In this document: piece after piece, positions 57,674 through 64,000 of the stretch
How the letters are laid out: every line of letters starts with the position of its first letter
How positions within the stretch are numbered: position 1 is the stretch's first letter
Source: a virus
Taxonomy: Duplodnaviria; Caudoviricetes
DNA: 64,000 bases
Direction: 5' to 3' (one strand)
IMG/VR virus record: IMGVR_UViG_3300011008_000049
Location: 32,001 to 96,000 of that record
Translations under genes and position numbers: made by a program
The notes under the pieces: model-generated
What the model was told of the DNA's origin: nothing
Seen by the model: only the letters and a program-made list of their open reading frames with translations
Databases searched by the model: none

Positions 57674-58346
57674 AGTTATTATTCTTCCGGAAACCACAAA
57701 AAATCCAATTTCACTCATTGGTGCAAGAGCGGGAGTTTGTTGGGGCGCAGATACGGAAGATGCAGAAAAGAATTACAAGCGCGGTCTTGATTGTATTGAA
57801 TCAAATCACGGAAGAACACTCGAATATGTAAATGTTGAACTTGTTCTTGATGGTTATTCCGCAAGAGTTATCAGAGAATGGTACACACATCTCGGTGGCT
57901 CTCCAACTCGCTTACAAGCATCCACAAGGTATATCAATTATAAAGATTTTGAGTATATAACTCCCGATACAATTAAAAACAACGAAACGGCTGAAAAGAT
58001 TTATAGAGACATCATGAATGAGATTTCGATAGCCGGTCAAAGACTTGAAGCACTCGGAATTCCGAGAGAAGATAGTGCATTAGTGCTTCCTCTTGGAATG
58101 ACAACAAAGATTGTAGATAAAAGAAATTTGCGCAATCTTATTGATATGTCAAAGCAAAGAATGTGTACTCGCGCTTATTGGGAATATCGAAGAATGTTCA
58201 ACGATATTTTAACAGCATTATCAAATTATTCTGATGAATGGGCGTACATAATTAAAAATCAGATGATGCCGAAATGTGAATATCTTGGGTATTGCCCGGA
58301 GAAGCATAGTTGCGGCAGAAAGCAAAAGAAAAATGAAACGAACTGA
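57666..58346 (+). CDS. thyX: flavin-dependent thymidylate synthase
   Basis: H...LE, S.RY, EDSA..LP, R....AYWE. Confidence 0.85.
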   Translation: MGKVIILPETTKNPISLIGARAGVCWGADTEDAEKNYKRGLDCIESNHGRTLEYVNVELVLDGYSARVIREWYTHLGGSPTRLQASTRYINYKDFEYITPDTIKNNETAEKIYRDIMNEISIAGQRLEALGIPREDSALVLPLGMTTKIVDKRNLRNLIDMSKQRMCTRAYWEYRRMFNDILTALSNYSDEWAYIIKNQMMPKCEYLGYCPEKHSCGRKQKKNETN

Positions 58347-58580
58347 AAACCACTGTGTAGACTGCGGTTTGCCTTGTCTTGGTAGAAGCTGTCCATACAG
58401 TCACGTTACAGTTTATTATTGTGACATATGCGGAGATGAAGGAGCGGAATATACAATAGACGGAGAGGACTATTGTGAGGAATGTGCAAAAGAATATTTG
58501 AAAGACACATTTAATGATTTAACTATATCAGAGCAAGCAGAAGCTCTTAACATAGATATAAGTTCAATTAATTAGGAGGA

Positions 58581-59144
58581 ATGATAATGATTGTGGTTTT
58601 AGTTGGAGAAAGTGCAAGCGGCAAATCAACAATCGAAAAACTCATAAAAGAAAGAGACAGTTCTTTCACTAAAATTGTTTCGTACACAACAAGACCGATG
58701 AGAGATAAAGAGCAAAACGGTATTGATTACCACTTTATTTCTGATGATGAATTTACCGATATGGTTTCCGCAAATGCTTTTATCGAAAGCGCACAATATA
58801 GAGGTTGGAATTATGGCTCTGCAAAAAAAGATTATGATGATGGTAATAATCATGTTGTTGTTTTAACTCCGCATGGTTGCCGTTCATTAAAGAGATGGGC
58901 TAAAACCAATCCTGGAACAAAGGTTATTTCAATCTACTTTGATGTAGATAGGCGTTCAAGAATGATTAAGATTCTCCGGCGTGGAGATGACATTGATGAA
59001 GCATACAGAAGAAACATTTCAGATGTTGGTCAATTCGATGGATTTGCTGATGAAGCAGATTATGTTATTAAGAATAATGGCTATGAAAAATCAATCGAAG
59101 ATGTTTACTCGGAAATAAGAAAAATAATTGACGGTGAATTATGA
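58581..59144 (+). CDS. gmk: guanylate kinase
   Basis: GESASGKS, TTRPMR..E..G.DYHF. Confidence 0.9.
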   Translation: MIMIVVLVGESASGKSTIEKLIKERDSSFTKIVSYTTRPMRDKEQNGIDYHFISDDEFTDMVSANAFIESAQYRGWNYGSAKKDYDDGNNHVVVLTPHGCRSLKRWAKTNPGTKVISIYFDVDRRSRMIKILRRGDDIDEAYRRNISDVGQFDGFADEADYVIKNNGYEKSIEDVYSEIRKIIDGEL

Positions 59145-59578
59145 AAACTTTCAAGATATTCACTGCCGGAAAGATGGGCGGACTTGATTATAAAAGTCAA
59201 ATGAATTGGAGAAAAGAAATAGAAAACTTAATTACTTCTGTTTCTGACAAATCTATATCTTTTGTTCATCCGCCCTTATATTATCAATATAAAGAAAATG
59301 ACATCAAAAATGATGTCGAATCAAGAACATGGGAAATTAACCAACTCATAGATAGCGATATTGTAATAGTTGATTTATCATCAATATCAGACAGTATAGG
59401 AACACATATTGAACTTGGTATAGTCGAAGCTATTAACAGAATGTCAAATAAAAACATCTATGTTGTTGGAGTTGGAAAACCTAATGTTAATCATCCGTGG
59501 ATTTCTCTCGGTATATTCCATCAGGAAGATACATTGGAAGAAGCAGCGGATTACATAATAAATTATCTTTTGGTGTAA
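59141..59578 (+). CDS. nucleoside 2-deoxyribosyltransferase-like protein
   Basis: IFTAG.M, SIGTHIELG. Confidence 0.7.
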   Translation: MKTFKIFTAGKMGGLDYKSQMNWRKEIENLITSVSDKSISFVHPPLYYQYKENDIKNDVESRTWEINQLIDSDIVIVDLSSISDSIGTHIELGIVEAINRMSNKNIYVVGVGKPNVNHPWISLGIFHQEDTLEEAADYIINYLLV

Positions 59579-59589
59579 AGGAGAAGAAA

Positions 59590-59802
59590 ATGAATATTAT
59601 TTTATATTCAACAGGTTGTCCAAAGTGTAATGTTCTAAAAAAGAAACTTGCGGATAAGAACATAAAATACACAGAAAACAACGATGTCGATACAATGGTG
59701 TCTCTCGGCATTGACCAAGTTCCCGTGCTTTCAGTAGACGGTAAACTGTTGCAATTCTCGGAGGCTAATAACTGGATTAACGAAAGTGAGGAAAAGAATT
59801 GA
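59590..59802 (+). CDS. glutaredoxin/NrdH-like protein
   Basis: YSTGCPKC, VP. Confidence 0.8.
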   Translation: MNIILYSTGCPKCNVLKKKLADKNIKYTENNDVDTMVSLGIDQVPVLSVDGKLLQFSEANNWINESEEKN

Positions 59803-61763
59803 ACATACCGATTAAAGTAAATAGAGACTTTGAAAAATCTCTTTTATCATTGAGCGATAAATACGGAGAAGATTTTGAAATCCTCAATGGGATTCACGAA
59901 TCACAACTTAATTTCTCCGATTTCATTGATGGGTTTATTGACAGAAATATTGCAGATGTAACCATTGATGCTAATGCAAACGCTTCAAATAAAGACATTC
60001 GCAGTCTGTTAAGCGAAAAAGGTAAATCAGAAGATAAACTTTTTGCACTCAATAAAATCTTCTACGAACTGAAAAAGAAATATAATTTAAGAACTGCAAA
60101 AGAATGGCTTGAAACAGAATATAACGGTGGATTTTATCTGCATGATGCACCGACTTCTACATACTTACCATATTGTTACGCTTATGACCTTACTCGTCTG
60201 GCTACTGAAGGTTTGTTCTTTTTGAAAAACTACAACAATCAGCCGCCAAAACATCTCACCACATTTATTGATGATGTAATTGAGTTCATCAGTTATATGT
60301 CAAATCGAAGTTCCGGCGCAGTTGGAATTCCAAACATTTTGATTTGGACATATTATTTTTGGAAAAAGGATTGTGAAACAGGCTATCCAATTAAGAATGA
60401 TGATTATTATTTGAGACAGTCATTCCAAAAGTTAATCTATCGTTTGAATCAGCCATTCATGAGAATTGACCAAACTGCATTCGTTAATGTTTCAATCTTC
60501 GATAGAAACTATATCGAATCTCTGTTCGGCGGAATGGAATATCCAGATGGAACATTCGTTATTGACAATATTGAAGAACTTATTGAACATCAAAAAACCT
60601 TTATGGAAGTTGTATCAAGTATCAGAAGCGAGAATATGTTTACATTCCCGGTATTAACATATTCGCTCCTGAAAAGAAACGACATTTCAGAAGATGAAGC
60701 AAATGAAATGATTAAAAATAAAAACTACAATGTTTTTGTTGATAATGAGTTTGCAAGATGGTGTTCAGACCACAATATGAAATGGAACGATAGTAATTTC
60801 TTCATTAGTGAAGATGTCACAACACTTTCAAACTGTTGCAGGCTTTTATCAGACACTACAAAATTAAGTGGATTTATTAATTCAATTGGTGGTACGGCAC
60901 TTTCCATTGGCTCTGTAAAGGTAAATACAATCAATCTTATGCGTATTGCATTAGAGACTGAATGTGATGAAAAGAAATATCTTGCATTGCTCCGCAAAAG
61001 AACACTTCTTTGTTGCAAGACACTCGAAACTATTCGCCATATCATTAAAAGAAATGTAGAAAAAGGACTTTTGCCAAACTACCAAGATGGCGCAGTTGAA
61101 ATGAGCAAGCAGTATTGCACCATCGGTATTCTCGGTTTGTATGAAGTGATTGAGGCTTTTGGTTATACGAAAACAGATGAATTCGGCTATATTTCATATA
61201 CAGATGAAGGTATCGGATTCGCAAGCAAGATTTTTGATGTTTTGAATGATGTAAAAGACACATTTACAAACGACTTTTCATTTAACATCGAAAGTGTTCC
61301 AGCAGAAAGGGCTGCGGTTATTCTTTGCCAGAAAGATAATCAACTCTATAACCTGAATGAAAAGTTTATCTATTCAAATCAATGGATTCCTCTTTCAGCG
61401 AAATGTACCATAAAAGAGAAATTAAGATTGAGTTCTATTCTTGATATTAAATGCTCTGGCGGTTCAATCAGTCATATCAATCTTGAATCTAATTTCCCGA
61501 ACTCCGATGCAGCGTGGGATGTTCTGAACAAAATCGCATTATCAAATGTAATCTATTTTGCGTTTAACACACGAATCAATGAATGCAAAAACCATCACGG
61601 ATTTGTTGGAACTGATATTTGTCCTGTTTGCGGAGAACCTGTATTTGATACATACCAAAGAATTGTTGGCTATCTTGTTCCGACAAGAAGTTATTCAAAA
61701 GATAGATTCAGAGAATTTAACACAAGAAAATGGTATGAATACGCCGAAATGGTTGGTGAATAA
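59799..61763 (+). CDS. nrdD: anaerobic ribonucleoside-triphosphate reductase
   Basis: TFPV, NCCR, PAE, CPVCG...RIVGYL glycyl-radical motif. Confidence 0.93.
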   Translation: MNIPIKVNRDFEKSLLSLSDKYGEDFEILNGIHESQLNFSDFIDGFIDRNIADVTIDANANASNKDIRSLLSEKGKSEDKLFALNKIFYELKKKYNLRTAKEWLETEYNGGFYLHDAPTSTYLPYCYAYDLTRLATEGLFFLKNYNNQPPKHLTTFIDDVIEFISYMSNRSSGAVGIPNILIWTYYFWKKDCETGYPIKNDDYYLRQSFQKLIYRLNQPFMRIDQTAFVNVSIFDRNYIESLFGGMEYPDGTFVIDNIEELIEHQKTFMEVVSSIRSENMFTFPVLTYSLLKRNDISEDEANEMIKNKNYNVFVDNEFARWCSDHNMKWNDSNFFISEDVTTLSNCCRLLSDTTKLSGFINSIGGTALSIGSVKVNTINLMRIALETECDEKKYLALLRKRTLLCCKTLETIRHIIKRNVEKGLLPNYQDGAVEMSKQYCTIGILGLYEVIEAFGYTKTDEFGYISYTDEGIGFASKIFDVLNDVKDTFTNDFSFNIESVPAERAAVILCQKDNQLYNLNEKFIYSNQWIPLSAKCTIKEKLRLSSILDIKCSGGSISHINLESNFPNSDAAWDVLNKIALSNVIYFAFNTRINECKNHHGFVGTDICPVCGEPVFDTYQRIVGYLVPTRSYSKDRFREFNTRKWYEYAEMVGE

Positions 61764-62252
61764 ATGCTTATCAAAAACTTAATAGATGAGGATTTTGTAA
61801 ATTATAAACTTCCATCAATGTTTATTGGATGCCATTCTTGTTCTTTTAAGTGCGATAAATTACATGGTAGGCAAGTGTGTCAAAATGGCGCACTTGCCAA
61901 CTCCCCGGATATTGAAATATCAGTTGAAAGTCTTGTCGAAAGATATATCGACAATAATATCTCTATGGCTGTTGTTTTCGGCGGATTAGAACCATTTGAT
62001 GACATTGATAATGTAATGTTGTTCATTGAATTCCTACGAAACAAAAACAACAACGATGATATTATTATATACACCGGATATACGGAAGAAGAAATTACAA
62101 GCAATTATTATAACTATTATAATTTACTTAAAAAATATCCTAACATCATCATAAAATACGGAAGATATATTCCAGACCAAAAACCGCATATGGATAGTGT
62201 TTTGGGAGTTAAATTACAAAGCGATAACCAATATGCGAAAAGGATTTCATAG
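61764..62252 (+). CDS. nrdG: anaerobic RNR activating protein
   Basis: C..KC...CQN, GGLEP, YTGY, NQ. Confidence 0.85.
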   Translation: MLIKNLIDEDFVNYKLPSMFIGCHSCSFKCDKLHGRQVCQNGALANSPDIEISVESLVERYIDNNISMAVVFGGLEPFDDIDNVMLFIEFLRNKNNNDDIIIYTGYTEEEITSNYYNYYNLLKKYPNIIIKYGRYIPDQKPHMDSVLGVKLQSDNQYAKRIS

Positions 62253-62265
62253 GGAGGGTTTTACA

Positions 62266-62466
62266 ATGAGAATAAAAACAAATCCCAATAGCGAAATAGT
62301 AAACGAAATCAGAATGAAATTAAAAGATAATGATGGATATTGCCCTTGTAGGCTTTCAAAAACTCCCGATACAAAATGTATGTGTAAGGAATTCAGAGAA
62401 ATGATAGAACGCGGAGAAAGCGGAGAATGTCATTGTGGTCTTTATGTATTGGAGCAAGATGAATAA
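62266..62466 (+). CDS. ferredoxin-thioredoxin reductase catalytic-subunit-like
   Basis: CPC...CMC...CHCGLY. Confidence 0.75.
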   Translation: MRIKTNPNSEIVNEIRMKLKDNDGYCPCRLSKTPDTKCMCKEFREMIERGESGECHCGLYVLEQDE

Positions 62467-62943
62467 ATGACATACTTTATTTTGTTCGTTATTAAGATTT
62501 TAGATAATATCATTACAACGGCAAAATCAATATTACAGTATCGTGGAGCAAAAATCGTTTCGTCTATTTTGGTTGTTATATCTCAATTATTATTCTACTT
62601 AATCATATCAAAGGTCGTTAAAGACGATTCAATTATTACTATTATCATTATTTCAATTGCATCCGGCATAGGCAATTTGATTGCTTTTCCGGTTTTAGAG
62701 AAATTTAGAAAAGATGATAAATGGCAATTCCATTTAACAAGTAGCGATATGGATGATGTTCTTAACCTTTGTAACTATCTTGTTGAACATAATATAAAAT
62801 ATCTTGCAAATCACGGGATTAATAGAAAAGGTAAAGAAACCATCAATGTAATTGCATATAGCAAAACAAAAGACCAAAGTAGACTTATCGAAAAATATTT
62901 GGCAGAAACCAAAAGTAAATATCTTAAAGAAATAAACAGGTGA
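62467..62943 (+). CDS. membrane protein
   Basis: three N-terminal TM helices. Confidence 0.6.
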   Translation: MTYFILFVIKILDNIITTAKSILQYRGAKIVSSILVVISQLLFYLIISKVVKDDSIITIIIISIASGIGNLIAFPVLEKFRKDDKWQFHLTSSDMDDVLNLCNYLVEHNIKYLANHGINRKGKETINVIAYSKTKDQSRLIEKYLAETKSKYLKEINR

Positions 62944-62950
62944 GGTAAAA

Positions 62951-63382
62951 ATGGAACAAATCAAGATTAAATATCATAATTCAAATTTGACTAAAATCGA
63001 GAAAATTGCAATTGGAGATTGGATTGACCTGCGTGCAGCAGAAAATATAACTCTTAAAGCAGGAGAATTCAAATTGATTAGTCTCGGCGTATCAATGAAA
63101 TTGCCAGATGGTTATGAGGCTCATATTGTACCACGCAGTTCTACATTCAAGACTTGGGGAATCATTCAGACAAATCATATGGGCGTTGTAGATAATTCGT
63201 ATTCTGGCAACAACGATATTTGGCGCTTCCCGGCATATGCGGTTCGTGACACAGAAATTAAAGAAAACGATAGAGTATGTCAATTTAGAATTGTCAAGAA
63301 GCAACCACAGATTGAATTCATTGAGACGGAGCAACTTGATGATGTTGACCGTGGTGGGTTTGGAAGTACCGGCAAAAATTAA
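62951..63382 (+). CDS. dut: trimeric dUTPase
   Basis: [20 protein letters not shown]. Confidence 0.93.
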   Translation: MEQIKIKYHNSNLTKIEKIAIGDWIDLRAAENITLKAGEFKLISLGVSMKLPDGYEAHIVPRSSTFKTWGIIQTNHMGVVDNSYSGNNDIWRFPAYAVRDTEIKENDRVCQFRIVKKQPQIEFIETEQLDDVDRGGFGSTGKN

Positions 63383-63792
63383 TGAATGAGATAATCGAAG
63401 AAATAAAAAGAAAGATAGACATTGAAAGTAGTTCTTTACATATGACACCAGAACAAGAGCAATATGTTGTTGGATTGGCAGATGCGTTACAAATTATAGA
63501 AGAACACTGCGCAAATCAACTTGTTATCGGGAAGAAATATTATGTTTTAACTTATTCAAAATATGAAAGATGTGTAAACGTTGAAGAAATGACCTTATAT
63601 CGAATAAATAATAAGAAAAAGAGGTCATATTGTTTTACGAAAAACAATAATAATCCTGTTCCTGATTTGGTTTTATATAGTAAATCCGGCTTAAAAATGA
63701 GGGTGTTTAATACGATTGAAGAAGCTCAAAATGGTAAATCTCTCTTTCTTTCAAGTTTGCAAGAGGGCAATTGGAGGAAAAGGCGTTTATGA
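63382..63792 (+). CDS. hypothetical protein
   Basis: ORF in operon. Confidence 0.45.
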   Translation: MNEIIEEIKRKIDIESSSLHMTPEQEQYVVGLADALQIIEEHCANQLVIGKKYYVLTYSKYERCVNVEEMTLYRINNKKKRSYCFTKNNNNPVPDLVLYSKSGLKMRVFNTIEEAQNGKSLFLSSLQEGNWRKRRL

Positions 63793-64000
63793 CAGATAAA
63801 AAACAAGATAAAGAATATTTCTTACATAACAATACTCGAATTATTATTACTGAACATTTTCAGAATAAGGGTAAAACAATAACCGAAATTATCAAAGAAG
63901 CCGTTGCAAAGGAAGCAAAATTAACACCTTCACAAAAAGTTATAATTTCGGTATAAAAATAATTTAGAAAAACACTTGAACAAAACCCGTACTTATGGTA

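Noticed and set aside
1-64000. Stop-codon reassignment
   Set aside because: Genes are intact in code 11, no suppressor tRNA is present, and breaks are frameshifts at G-runs

Overview
64 kb of an AT-rich large Firmicutes (probably Clostridia) bacteriophage genome, almost all on the + strand, with no virion structural genes. It holds NAD metabolism genes, a complete diversity-generating retroelement (DGR) whose RT is fused to a SLOG domain, 13 tRNAs, tRNA/RNA repair enzymes, an ADP-ribose writer/eraser set, DNA modification genes broken at G-runs, an XRE/ImmA cassette, a replisome (SSAP, SSB, DnaB, primase, DnaE) and nucleotide metabolism genes. The main finding is eight related non-coding units (5166-9587) around a large helical+TerD gene and glyA. 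Each has a conserved, covarying scaffold (CGGCU-stem-UCCUUCU-cargo-stem-AUU(U/A)CCG) with a different cargo. Six cargos are tRNA-derived: anticodon stem-loops for Ser-UGA, Thr-GGU, Lys-UUU and Pro-UGG, and two circularly permuted tRNAs (Pro, Gly) with YrlA/Y-RNA-like topology. Second, a split, permuted C5-methyltransferase locus and a PAPS-reductase-like gene carry alternative modules in different reading frames, apparently switched by G-tract length. All protein calls come from motif recognition; no database searches were run.
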